The notes beneath the pieces were generated by a model, which searched no databases, was not told the origin of the DNA, and saw only the letters and a program-made list of their open reading frames with translations. A program made the position numbers and the translations under genes. A stretch of DNA of 60,707 bases, counting the filler, from Basidioascus undulatus (taxonomy: Eukaryota): NCBI GenBank assembly GCA_000826855.1. It is 11 parts of 11 records of this genome, joined end to end, with 100 filler letters (N's around TTAATTAATTAA, not from the genome) between each part and the next. Parts side by side here need not be neighbours in the genome. Positions count along the whole stretch, not along the records: positions 11,062 to 16,507 come from JTLS01001935.1; positions 16,608 to 22,051 come from JTLS01001936.1; positions 22,152 to 27,593 come from JTLS01001937.1; 8 more parts are not named here. The stretch is one strand, 5' to 3'. The first letter of the stretch is position 1. Each line of letters begins with the position of its first letter. Below are positions 11,922 to 23,330 of this stretch, in pieces.

Positions 11922-12660
11922 TTACATTTCATCCACCAAGCATTTTAAATTTTAAAGTCCCAGAGCGTGCCGGGCCGGGCCCTTGGGTGTCCTTCACCGG
12001 AAGAGTATTCAATAGTGCACAGACCGGGCTAGTATGATATCGAGGTCTTCGAAGAAAATCTAGATCCCTCGAGCAGACTCAATACGGGCAGAAACGCTTC
12101 GGTGCCCGAACCCCCGATGTGTCCTCACAGTCAGTTGCTGGCTATCTGTCAAGTTTTATCTGAAGCCTTCATCTGAGTAAGTGTATGATGAGCTTATTCA
12201 ACCCTCTTTGGAAAATTGTTGGGGTCCTCTCCGGTCAGCTGCTGACTATCAGGAATTGCGCGTGCGTCGACTGAAGGAGACGTCTTGACGCAGCGCGGTT
12301 GAGGTTGCGAACTTGTCCGAACAAGCTTTGCAAAATTGACTCATGGGGGAAATTATACAACATTAAGTGAAAATCCGCGACATTGGCATTCTTGTTGGGA
12401 GACATCGTTTGGGAATGGCAGCGGGAAGCGGATCACTAGAGTGCGACAGCTCCGCATCCCCTTTCGAAGGCTATAAAAGATACGGCAGCCCAGGACGCTT
12501 TTAGCTGAGCTGTCTTAAGTAAAAGCACACGGTTCAATCCAGTACGATGTCTTGGTCTACAGCGTATCGGCTGCCGCTGTCGGCAGCCGAAGAAACGTCA
12601 CACAAGCAAAGAAACGTCACACAAGCAATGCGTTTCCATGAACATATTGGCATTTTGAGC

Positions 12661-13936
12661 CTAGTTGGGCGAGAATGGGTCTCCGTTCAGCCAAGGGCGG
12701 CCTCCCACCTGCCAAAAGAAGTGAGTCGGCGAAGTGTATCAAGAGAGGAGTGAGAACACTGCGCACCTCCTTCGCGTACTCGTCGACCTTCCTGGGCACA
12801 AAGTACTTCTGACCGGGGTTAAGGAGCTCGTTGGACGAGACCGAGTGGTCGAACGTCCCCTCGGCGGACATGATGGGGATGAGAGGGCCGAGCATGTGCG
12901 GTGCGATGTTGGCCCGCACGGCTTCGTACTTGCGCTCGGCCTCCTCGAGCGGCACGTATTCACGCTTGATCGGGATGCCCGACATTCCCTCCATGATGTC
13001 CGCGTACTCGTTCCAGGATCTGGTAATGGAGAGGGTAAAGATCGAAACAAAAGTTATGGCTCGTTGAAAGAATGGCAGACACACCGGTTGTCGGAACACA
13101 CGCGGAGGTGGGACGGGACCTTAGTAGGATCGGAGTAGGCCAGCAGCACAGCGTGGACAGCGTAAGGACCCAAGTCGCGCTGAGAGGTCAGCGCCACCGG
13201 TTGACTTCCGTCACCGGGGATAGCCCAAGTGCTAGAAGCCGAGTCGATGCGTGTGCTGGGAGATTCAGCTAATTCCAACTGCACGAAATGTAGGACCATT
13301 CACGGGGCCACGCACCGAACCACTTGCAGAAGGACGTCTCGAGTATGAGGGACGTATAGATCGCGACGACCTTGAGCCCGAGCGCTTCGGCTGCGGCGTG
13401 GTGGTGCTGCTTGGCGGTGAACATCGGGTGCTCGCGCTTCGTGCTGTGGTGATCCGTACCCCACTCAGACGGGATGTAAATCTTCACGCCTGCGTTTGCC
13501 GCTGCGAGATAATGTGAGCATTGTCGTTCTAAACCAACTTGGACAAACGCACCGGCATGGATGAGGCTCTCCTTGCTGGTGGCGAAGTCACCCTGCATGC
13601 CCATCGAGCTGACGAGGATGTCTACGCCCTGAAGAGTGCGCTCAAGGGACTTCACGTCCTTGTAGTCCGCTTGGACGAGCTCGACCTGCTGGGGCGCGTC
13701 GCTCGCGTACTGCTGCAGGAGCGGGCGCGATGGGTCGGACGAGAGGATCTTCAGGCGGGCGACTTCGCCCCCTTTCGCAGCTTTGACAAACGCCGGCGTG
13801 ACGTGGTCCCCGATGAAGCCAAAGGGACCTGGGTCGTTGTATCCAGTGATGAGCTTTGGAATGGGCTGGGACTGCGCAAGAGTATGCTTCGATCGTACGC
13901 ACCGACAATAGCGACGACAGGTGCAGAAGAAGACAT
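12661..13936 (-). CDS. NmrA-like / isoflavone-reductase-like NAD(P)-binding oxidoreductase
   Basis: Spliced MSSSAPVVAIVG|PFGFIG (GxxGxxG), LQGVDILVS, AGVKIYIPSEWG, GDGSQPVALTSQRDLG, ending GGRPWLNGDPFSPN* (TAG 12663-12661). Five canonical introns. Confidence 0.88.
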
Positions 13937-14722
13937 TGTGGTAGTTCTGGTTGAAGATTCGCGAGCTGGGAAAATAGGAGGTGTGTGCGCGCTGGAGAAA
14001 ATTAGGAAGAGAATGTGAGGGTGAGAAGATAAGACAAGACAAAAACGACGCTGGAGGCTGCGTCAGCACGTGCATTGCGTCAGGAACCTGCCGGGAATGG
14101 CTTTTAATCATCAAAGCCCAACTCAAATACCCGATATCTAATCAATACCTCCTTCCGAACCTGCAAGTGGTGCAGCAACCTCAAGATCCAATGCACCCGA
14201 GGCGCCCTCCCCGCCGGCGCCCCAGAGGCGCTCGCACTGGCTCGCAGTTGATCCGCTACGCCTCGCCGCTTACACCACACACAGGCCTCTCTCCAGGCCC
14301 CTCCCCATGTCCCATCAATTATCCCGATACTCCTTCCCTCCCAACAACGTCTCAACGTCGTCGACATCCGCAAGCGATAGACCACCTTGCCGGGCTCGCC
14401 CGCATCCGGCCACTTTCCTTTCCGGCACCTGTCAGACGCGCGTGACAGCCCTGTCTCCTCGCTTTTTCTTCTGCCCCAATTGCCTGGCTCGCTCGACCCC
14501 GCATCGCAACAATCTGTTATCCAACAAAAAATATCTTTTTGCAATACAGAGGCAGACGGATGCGGTGAGGATGAGGAAGGTGGGCGTCCGCTTACGGCCC
14601 CGGGCCCTTGTGCCTTCCTCGATCGCTTGCCCTGGAAGACGCCTGCTCGAGGGGAGACGTATGCAGTCGTTCCTCGGAAAGGAACGGGGTTTCTTGAAGA
14701 TACGGAGGGGGAGTATGGAGAG

Positions 14723-14729
14723 TATAAAA
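14723..14729 (+). promoter_or_regulatory. Putative TATA box
   Basis: TATAAAA about 100 nt upstream of the thaumatin-like ATG, followed by a CT-rich leader. Confidence 0.5.
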
Positions 14730-14829
14730 GGTGGGAGGAGATCGTCTTCTTCCTTCACTCGCTCACTCACTCACTCACTCGTCTTCTTCGTTCCGACCCT
14801 GGATCCCTCGACGCCTCAACTCGCCCACA

Positions 14830-15760
14830 ATGGTCGCGTTCAAGTCTACGATCCTCTCGCTGCTTTGGCTACTGTTGGGTCTGCGCGTCACTATCTCACC
14901 GTTTTCAACGGCTCCAACCAAAGCGTTACCCCTACGCTGTACGTCTTTCTCGCACCCCTCTGCACCCCTGCACCCTCTTCCCCGCCCTGTCTTCTCTCTT
15001 CTCCCCTCGCCTCCATCCACTGACTTCATTTTCCCCTTATAATACAGCAAGCTCACCGGCGGCTCCGGCTCCTACTCGAGCGCGACCTCCGCGACGCTCG
15101 CGCCGGGAGAGAACACCGTCTTCCGCCTGATGTAGGACCGCGCGTACCAGGGCGTCATCTACAACCAGAACGGGACGTGCGGCGAGGGGTGCTCTTCTAC
15201 GCTTGGTAAAACTATTCTTTTATTAGTGACAACGTAGGTGGGTTTACTGACTTCTACAGAACGGGGTCACAGAGTTCTCCTTCGTCCGGAACTTTATCCC
15301 CGGCTTGCCCGCGCCCGCGAGCTGTGCGCTTTCGAACGTGAACGGTTCCACCATACACCTTTGGGGGTTGGGGACTGTATTGTTTTGTGGGGTGTGTGTG
15401 CTGATGCGAGTTTGGACGACAGGCCCCAGGTGGCCGTTGCCTGGCCCAGCGGCGGCCTCCTCGGCTGCGCGACGAAGCGCTGCTACTCTGAGGACTGCCA
15501 CGCGGACCAGGCTATTCCTGCGGACAGCAGTGCGTTTGCTCTTTAAATTCTCTTCATAGGTTGTGGATTTCGAACATGGGAAACTGATGTCTTTTGGGGG
15601 ACGAGCAGAGAACATCCTCAACACTGCGGCGGCTGCCGCGAGCTGCACGCTTGCCGAGACGGAAATCACGCTGTATGTCGCTCAATATCACTGGAAGATG
15701 ATGGGGAGAAGCGGCTGATGCAACGGTTATCGACGACAGGTACTACTGCAAGGCCCAGTT
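14830..15760 (+). pseudogene. Small secreted thaumatin/osmotin-like protein, disrupted
   Basis: The signal peptide MVAFKSTIL/LAALATVGSA is split by a frameshift (~14855) and there is an in-frame TAG at 15133-15135. Remaining motifs: HYLTVFN, LAPGE, YNQNGTCGEGC, TEFSF, LSNVNG, CATKRCYSEDC..QA. Some splice donors look degenerate. Confidence 0.7.
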
Positions 15761-16353
15761 ATTCTGGTACATTCGGGTTTTGCGGACTTTGTACGCTGGC
15801 GTGCTCGATGAACGTTCGGGGCGGGCTGGAGAAGGCCGACGAGCCCAGGATAATTGCATATATTGTTTAGTTATTGTACATGAAGTACTATACAGTTCCG
15901 TTCAACGGCTCATGATCAGCCCATGAGTTTGCGGATACTCCTGCCCGACCGTGTCGGAGCTGTGTGCGCTTCGAGTTTCGAGGATGTCCACAACGCCTGG
16001 CCGCCCGGAGTCCACTCATGAAAAACACTCCAATTGTCCAGCGCAGAAGCATGTTCGGGTCCCGAAGAGGAGAGGAAGCAAAGAAGGAAGGAAAAAGCAA
16101 CACATCAACGACGCCTCGGAAACGCACAGTGGCATGAGATTATCAGATGCGCTGATAAGACTTCGGAGCATCGGAATTCTTGCCGTCTTTACATAAGTAC
16201 CTTGTGTCACAGCGCCCCTTCCAGCCTCAGCCTCATTCTCTCCTGTTTCCAACGGCCATCCCCTCACTCCCACCACCTCCCCATCCAAACCCCCATCCTC
16301 GCCGTGCGCCGACTGCAGGAATCCGTCGCGGATGGGCGCGCCGAGCTGAATCA

Positions 16354-16507
16354 ATGGCGTCCACGTTCGACACGACGACCTGTTCGCCCTCCCGGTCTGC
16401 CACAGCCCACCGCCTTCTCAACGCTTCCGCCCTCATGTCCGCCCCCTCCTCCCCGCCGTCCACCTTGGCTCCCTCGGCCGCCTGCGCGTCCTCGTCGCCC
16501 TCCTCTC
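16354..16507 (+). CDS. Hypothetical protein, N-terminal fragment
   Basis: ATG in a good context (TCAATGG) with a Ser/Pro-rich frame open to the gap. Confidence 0.35.
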
Positions 16508-16607
16508 NNNNNNNNNNNNNNNNNNNNNNNNNNNNNNNNNNNNNNNNNNNNTTAATTAATTAANNNNNNNNNNNNNNNNNNNNNNNNNNNNNNNNNNNNN
16601 NNNNNNN
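16508..16607. other. Artificial contig-joining spacer
   Basis: N44-TTAATTAATTAA-N44. Confidence 0.98.
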
Positions 16608-16652
16608 GAGAGAGGATCATGGGACTGCTGATGTGTGGTCTAGCTGGTCTAG

Positions 16653-17270
16653 GTGACGATGGGGGTGAAGGCGGAGAAGGAGGAGCGGCGGCGGCGGGAG
16701 AAGGAGGAGGCGGAGGCGGACGTTCAGCCGGACGCGGATGCCGACGCGATGCAGGGCCTCGAGGGGGAGGCCGTCACCCCTAAACCGAAGAAGGTCGTCG
16801 TACCCGGCGCGTTCCCCGGGATGGAGCCCGTCCCGCCGGCGAGCGACGAGATGGACGTGGAGCCCAAGGAGGAGCCGAAGCCTACGCTCGCGCGCAAGAA
16901 GTCATCCCACACGTCCACCGCCTCCGGAGGCCGCTCGTCGACCCGCAAGACGCGCCAGTCCGCCGCGCACGAGGAGCAGGCCCATGAGGAGGAGGCGGAT
17001 GAGCCGGCGGACCTGCCGGGCGCGTTTGAGGGCGGACGGTCCGCGCGCCGCTCGAACCGCAAGAGCATTGGGGGTGCTGCAGCCGCCCCGACACCGTCGC
17101 GCCGCAGCTCGAGGCTTAGCCTCGCCCCGCCCGTGGAGGAGGAGCCCGCGGAGGAGGAGGTCGGCATGAAGCGCTCGACGAGGGCGAAGGGCAAGGGCAA
17201 GGAGAAGGAGGGCCCGAAAGCGGGCGCGAGGAGCTTGAGGAGGAGCACGCGGAGGGGCGGGGACGAGTAG
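16653..17270 (+). CDS. Terminal exon of a protein with a charged, disordered C-terminus
   Basis: Acceptor TCTAG at 16652; 205 codons with strong coding bias, two PGAF motifs and RRSxR motifs; TAG stop. Confidence 0.7.
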   Translation: MTMGVKAEKEERRRREKEEAEADVQPDADADAMQGLEGEAVTPKPKKVVVPGAFPGMEPVPPASDEMDVEPKEEPKPTLARKKSSHTSTASGGRSSTRKTRQSAAHEEQAHEEEADEPADLPGAFEGGRSARRSNRKSIGGAAAAPTPSRRSSRLSLAPPVEEEPAEEEVGMKRSTRAKGKGKEKEGPKAGARSLRRSTRRGGDE

Positions 17271-17530
17271 GACGGGAACAGTGCAGCTGTGTCCCAGAGT
17301 ATTCCAGGTGCCTCCCAAGCGTTTGCTGGGAACCAGTCCTCGTTATTGCCTAGTTTTCTGACTCCAATGTCCGCAAAGCAACATCCTAGCCGCCGTCCGT
17401 GCGCAGCCTTATAATCTTGGGCGAGACTTTACCCGCAATTTCGATGTGCCTGCCGTTGCCTCCGCTCGAGTTCAATCCTCTCGTGAGACGCCTCTCTTCT
17501 TGATAAAAGTATATTCATCGACACTTGTGA

Positions 17531-18742
17531 ATGAGACTATTGTTGTCCTATGTAGACGACGACGGTCCTCCCCGGTGTTTCCACTCTTCTTCACGTACCA
17601 CCATCACCTGGACTTCCCTTTACTCACCCACGTCTTCTTCGCTTCTTGCTCGGCGCTATCCCATTGAACTGCTTCAAAACATCTTGCCCTCGCTTCTGAA
17701 CCTTCCAACCATCACGGCAAATTCGGATTTCGAGGCTCGCAAGACACTATCACTCGTCTCACATCGCGTTCGTTCGATCGTATTCGCGAGCCTCTGTCGA
17801 TCTATATCTGTGGAGATTGGTACCGAATCATTCCGATCGTTTGCTCAGCGGATCGTACACGACAAGCGAGAAAACGTGCCGCAGGAGAGGCGATCGGTGG
17901 CTATGATCCGGTGCGCTTTCCTCACACAGATCGTGCATGAACACCAGACTCAAAGAACATTCAACTCGTTCTATAGATCTCTCAAGCTTGAAACGGATCA
18001 GCTCCGCCCCTCGGATAGGCCGGTCAAATGGGCGGTGGGCGCACTGCGACGCTTCTGGAGTCAGTCTGGATTAACGTTATCTTCATTGATGCAAAAATCG
18101 TCACTGCCTTACGGCTGAAGTACGGTACGGTAGGTACTCGGCCTTTCACTGTTTAGCCTGAGCGTCTTGCATTGACCCCTCTCTCCGCTGTCACAGCGGT
18201 GTCTCATTTGGTCTCGTCTTCAACCGGAGAGGTGACTCGTACTTACCTCTTAAATGTACCACGCTGCACGACCCCCCATAGGTTCCTTGGACTGCACCTC
18301 CACTACCTCGGGAATCACCAGCTGTTCAACAGGCCGCCTCGTCTTCCGTGATGAGCAGTACGCGCATCTTTTGGATATCATTCCTTGTGTACATGCTTAT
18401 GGAATCAATCTAATTGCACAGACGTTCAAAGCCAAGTACGTCAACTCACGAGCCACACGCTGCGGCCAACCAATCCTGCCTATCGGCTTCTTATTGCCCT
18501 TCAAATCCCACCTGCTCAACATGACCTCTCCCGCCACAGACATCCGCTGCACCTCCATCAACCCCTCCGCGGCGCCCGGGTCATACGGCAGCCACGAACC
18601 GCCAAACCACTACATAAACCTCGCCGCGCCAGAGAAAGACCTAGACGGGCTCATCGGCAGGGACGAGATCGTGATCCCCGGGCCGGTGCAGGAGATCGTT
18701 TCGGATATCGACGGCGCGAATGAATTTTTTGAGGTAGCATAG
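17531..18742 (+). pseudogene. F-box-like gene, probably degenerate
   Basis: YPIELLQNILPSL...RKTLSLVSHRVRSIVFASLCRSISV is F-box-like. Intron-like breaks and an apparent frame change near 18040. Confidence 0.45.
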
Positions 18743-20165
18743 GGGGCCTGATATGCGGGCCGAAGGATAGTACCACTCAATGAGTCGGTGCAGTTCGTCC
18801 TCCGCCTAGAGACCCGCAAGCTGGGTTCTCGCGGTGTGAGGTTGCGAAAGCGATGTGCAATGCGTACAAGCACATCGTACGCTTCCTACACCTCCTTCCT
18901 CCCATTTCCCTCCTGACTGACTTCCCGCCTGCGCCCGCAGTACGAAGTGACCCCCCTGCTCCCGCACTGCTGACAGGTTCGTGGCTGACGCAGGATGTGA
19001 CCCGCAGGTTGAGGAACAAACGATTACACTGCTTGTAACAACAATTCCCGGACTCTTGAACCGCGCTCCTATAGACGGGACGTACGGTATCTCGGGGCAT
19101 GTGCTGGAGGACCTTGTCCTGCACAGCTTGTGGTACAACAACGAGACGGGACGGTGGGAGGCAAGTTGACAGCTAGAGGCCAATGTGGAACGTTAGGATA
19201 TGGTCAAGAAAGGAGGGATGGCCCTGGTGGAGACTTGCAACCGTACCTCGTCTTGCTCGCCCGCCACGGTAACAGGTCGCGCTGAGGGCTCGAAGCTCGC
19301 TTCTGAAAGCATGCCTGTTGATGGGTCTTCCTTCGAGTATTACATGTGCTTGCCACAAATTCAAGAAGGGATTGGTAAGATGCCAGTGGGCCGCCACAGT
19401 GGGTAGCGTTAATATGCAGTCCGCAGGCTACGGCTGCAACGCTGCAGCGACGGGAAGCGTGGCACAGCATGACGGACCCCGTCCACACGAACAGCCCAAG
19501 GACTTCACAATATCCGCGTAAGTCCTCTGAAACGAATCCACGTTGAGGAAGATCAATGAGTTAATAGTGCGGAGGAGGTACCGGCGGCGGGGCTGAGGGG
19601 AAGACGGCGCAATGGTACGCAGAAGACCAGAGTGAGAACTGTACGCCTTGCCGCACGGTACAGCTATGGAATAGAGTGAAACTGAAACTAAGTATCGGAC
19701 AATGCAATAGCATCGCAGTCAGACGTGTGAGAAAGCGATTCTCACTTCTCATAGCTCGAGCGTAGGACGTTGGTGCCACACTGCGTGCTATCGTGTGGAA
19801 GGACGTCTTAAGTTCTTGGACCTTGAATGTACTCACGTAGACACATGCACTTTATACAGCACCTTCTATATTTACCTCTTACCTCCCACAAATTTTATCT
19901 CTTTTGCTGTGCGAGCGTCAAGGACGCTGTGCAGCGGAACCCCGGCGGGTGAGATCGGAGCTGCTGGTAAAAGCATCAGCCGTTCCTGCTCATGCTCGAT
20001 TTGGGTATGGCCTGGTCTACCCCGCGTTGCTTGACAGGAAAAAGTAAGTCAATACTTCAGATGGTCACTCCGGGATGAAGTGAGATGAAGAAGACGATGA
20101 AACGTCTCGACCCGCCTCGACCGGCAGACGGCAAAACGCAAAGAGCTTTGCGCGTGGGAATCACT

Positions 20166-20171
20166 TATAAA
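20166..20171 (+). promoter_or_regulatory. Putative TATA box of TEF3
   Basis: TATAAA followed by a pyrimidine-rich initiation region upstream of the eEF3 first exon. Confidence 0.5.
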
Positions 20172-20381
20172 GCGAGCCCATTTTTTGTTCTGCGCTCTGC
20201 GGTGCAACTTTCAAAAAACGGCTGGTGCGTGCGCTCTTCTCCTTTCCCCTCGTCCTCATCCTCCGTCTCCCTTTCCTCCCCGCCCCCGCCACTCCTCGTC
20301 CCCTCATTTCTATACTCCGTTCACGGACGCCCGGACGCCTCTCTTCACCCACATAGACTTTTGTATTCTTCGTCTCTAGTC

Positions 20382-22051
20382 AGTGAGTCTACCGCTCCAG
20401 GGCGTCATTCGACCGCTCTCAACTATCCGTCGCCATGCGCGCGCCCAAGTTTTTTTGCGGAGCTGCGCCGTCTTCGCTGCCTCGCTCGCTTGGTGGCGAT
20501 GGGTACTGTGGCAATGGGGAGCACGGGGGCCGTGATGGGCATCTAGAGACTTGTTTGGGCGTGGAAGGGGCAGGGTGGCGATTGCCTCATGGGCACACCG
20601 AGGTTGCCACAGCCTTCTGGGCGCTTCTTGCTCGAGCGAATGGGCGGGGCGGGAGAAGACCACTTTCGCGTCTTCTCCCCAGCGACTTTCGCCTTCTTTT
20701 GCCTCTTCGTCCCACACACTCACATTTCACATTCCATCCGCCACAACAATGTCCACTGACCGTGCTCCTCCCCGCTCCTTCCCCTCAGTGGCACCCTCCG
20801 CGACCCCCCTCGACTCGGCCCCCAAGGACCTCAAGGCCGCCCTCCCCGAGTCCTCGCTGGACAAGGTCTCCCTCTTCTCCGCTGACGCCGCGACTCGCCA
20901 GGCGGCGCAGGAGGCGCTCGTTAAGATCCTTAAGGATGGTGGCCCCGCCGCCGCCGGCACCCTCGCCCTCCCCGAGGCCATCGTCGCCGCCCTCGCGGAC
21001 AAGAAGTCCGCCGCCGCCCGGGAGGGTGCCGCCGCCATCATCTCGGCCATCGCTGAGGGTGGCGCCTTCCCCGCCGTCGAGCCGTTCCTCCTCACCGGCG
21101 AGCACGACGTCTTCGGCAAGCTCCTCGAGGCCTTCGCCGACAAGATGGCCGGCCCCCGCGAGGCCGCCGTCGCCGCTGTCCGCGCGCTCGTGCAGGTGCG
21201 TTGAGCCTTTCTCTACTCGCTTTCCTTCTGAACAGCGATACTGATCTGTGTCTTTTCCGCGTGCACAGGTCACGAGCAGCTGGGCGGTTGCCCTCATCCT
21301 CCCCCCGCTGCTCGAGCAGGTCCGCACCGCGGGCAAGTGGCAGATCAAGACCGGTGGTCTCCAGGTTCTCGACCAGCTCGTCGTCTCCGCGCCCGACCAG
21401 ATCGCGCGTCTCATGCCCGAGATTATCCCCGTCCTCTCCGAGGTGATCTGGGACACCAAGTCCGAGGTCAAGAAGGCCGCGCGCGCGTCGCTGAAGAAGG
21501 TCTGCGCGCTCGTCAACAACAAGGACATTGAGAAGTTCATCCCCGCGCTCCAAGAATGCCTGATCGACCCCGTCGAGAAGGTCCCGTCCACCATCCAGCT
21601 CCTCGCTGCCACCACCTTCGGTACGTCTTCTCAGTCGTTTCCTGCGTTCTGGAGAAGAGCGACTGACTCAACTCACGTGCTTCTGCAGTCTCCGAGGTCG
21701 ACGGCCCTACCCTCGCGCTCATGGTCCCTCTCCTGTCCCGTGGTCTTAACGAGCGCCCGACCCCCATCCGCCGCAAGACCGCGCTCATCATCGACAACAT
21801 GTCGACCCTCGTCGACAACGAGCACGTCGTTCGCCCCTTCCTGCCCAAGCTCCTTCCCGGTCCGTCTCGCTTGAGTTGTTACTGGTTCCGAACGAACATC
21901 AAAACTGACGTCAGCGCTTCACATAGGTCTGATCAAGATCGAGGAGACCGTCGCCGACCCCGAGGCCCGTGGCGTCGTCAAGAAGGCGATCAAGAAGCTC
22001 CGCGACATCGCCAAGCTTCCCGAGACTTCGGACGGCCCCGATCTCCCGCCA
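20382..22051 (+). CDS. TEF3: Translation elongation factor 3 (HEAT-repeat N-terminal part; 3' truncated)
   Basis: [82 protein letters not shown]. Start predicted as A|TG across intron 20383-20788, with an alternative ATG at 20749. Confidence 0.95.
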
Positions 22052-22151
22052 NNNNNNNNNNNNNNNNNNNNNNNNNNNNNNNNNNNNNNNNNNNNTTAAT
22101 TAATTAANNNNNNNNNNNNNNNNNNNNNNNNNNNNNNNNNNNNNNNNNNNN
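22052..22151. other. Artificial contig-joining spacer
   Basis: N44-TTAATTAATTAA-N44. Confidence 0.98.
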
Positions 22152-22534
22152 GGGGGGGCGAGCCGCGGGAGGTGTGGGTGCCGGAGGGGGTGCGGTTTGA
22201 GGAAGAGGAGCGGGAGGGGAGGGAGAGGAGGAAGGGGAAGTTCGCGTTCCATATTGCTGCGGCGGGGTGGCACTCGGGGGCACTGGTGGTTGATCTGGAG
22301 GAGGAGGAGGGCGATGGAGAGAAAGAGAAGGAGCAGCAGGAGATGGGAAGGAAGCTTGAGGGTGTTCCGCTGGGGAGCTCGACGGGGAGGGTGCTGGCCC
22401 ATGAAGCGGGCGGAAGGGGCGACGGAGGAGGAGGTGGTGGGAGGGTTATGAACGTTGCGAGGGGCGCGCTGCCGGGGAGGTCGAGGCCGCCGCCGCCTGG
22501 AGGGAGGGGCGCCGGAGGGGGCCAGGAGTCGTGA
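22152..22534 (+). CDS. Hypothetical protein, C-terminal fragment
   Basis: Open frame from the edge (VWVPEGVRF...FAFHIAAAGWHSGALVVDL...GQES*), followed by a T-rich UTR. IAAAGWHSGAL resembles the end of an RCC1-type repeat. Confidence 0.55.
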
Positions 22535-22669
22535 GGCTCGAGTCGACAGTCATATGAAAGTGCAGTGCTGTGGGGACGCTGCCGGGGAGGTCTCGGGTTG
22601 CTTGTATGTGTTTTTTTTTCGTTAATGAATGTTACGTTAAATAATTTGGGCTGTGTTTCTGTGCGCTTG

Positions 22670-23330
22670 CTATGCGCTGTAGTTGTAGCTGTCGAGCTGA
22701 CTTGTGCGTGCGTCGAGGGGTAGACTGGGGAACGAACGCAGCAGTTCAATGCCCGAAGCCGCTAGAGAGGGAGAGACATGACAGTCAAGGAAGTCCGGAC
22801 TTACAGCGCCCACTGGGCGGCCAGCCCTCCCTGCGACCAGCTCATCATCTTGACCGGCTTGCCCGCAGCGGTCGAGAGACGGTTGATCGAGAATGCGATG
22901 TGCTGGACGAGATGCTTAGGGTAAGCAAGTGGCCGACTCGGAGGAAAACACTGGACTGCTTTACCTCTGCGTTCTCCTGCACGTCTTCGAGCATCTGCCG
23001 AGGCGCTGAGATGGTGCACGGCTGGACCCCATTTCGGGCATGTTCTCCGTCCACAGCATCAACGCCCTGGCCTCCCATATCCAGCCCACCCACGGCGGTA
23101 ACGCACAGCTTGATGTAGTTCGGCCCGAAGCTCTGGGGGCCCGTCTTGCCCGTGCCGGGGATGAGAAGGACCGGGTCGGTGACGGCGTCGAGCGCGACGT
23201 TTCCGCAGTCCAGGCGCTTCTCCATATCGGTCGGGTCGAGCGTGAAGGGCGGGTCGCCCGCGGCCTGCCGCTTGGTGGTGGGGAGGGAGGCGGCGAGCGA
23301 GAGGACGAGGAGCGCGAGGGAGGGGAACAT
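22670..23330 (-). pseudogene. Candida antarctica lipase B (CALB)-family secreted lipase, truncated
   Basis: Signal peptide and KR, then DPPFT..LDC..PVLLIPGTGKTGPQSFGPNYI, PCTISAPRQMLEDVQENAE, nucleophile elbow SWSQGGLAAQWAL and YPST. Similarity stops there, with no room for the Asp/His half before the converging gene's 3' end. Confidence 0.82.

Noticed and set aside
15133..15135. In-frame TAG/TGA as stop-codon reassignment or selenocysteine/pyrrolysine
   Set aside because: In-frame stops occur only in genes that also have frameshifts, and TAG and TGA end intact genes normally (12661, 17270, 28632, 39980).
18800..19520. Additional gene between the F-box-like remnant and TEF3
   Set aside because: Only short stop-interrupted fragments with no consistent exon chain.
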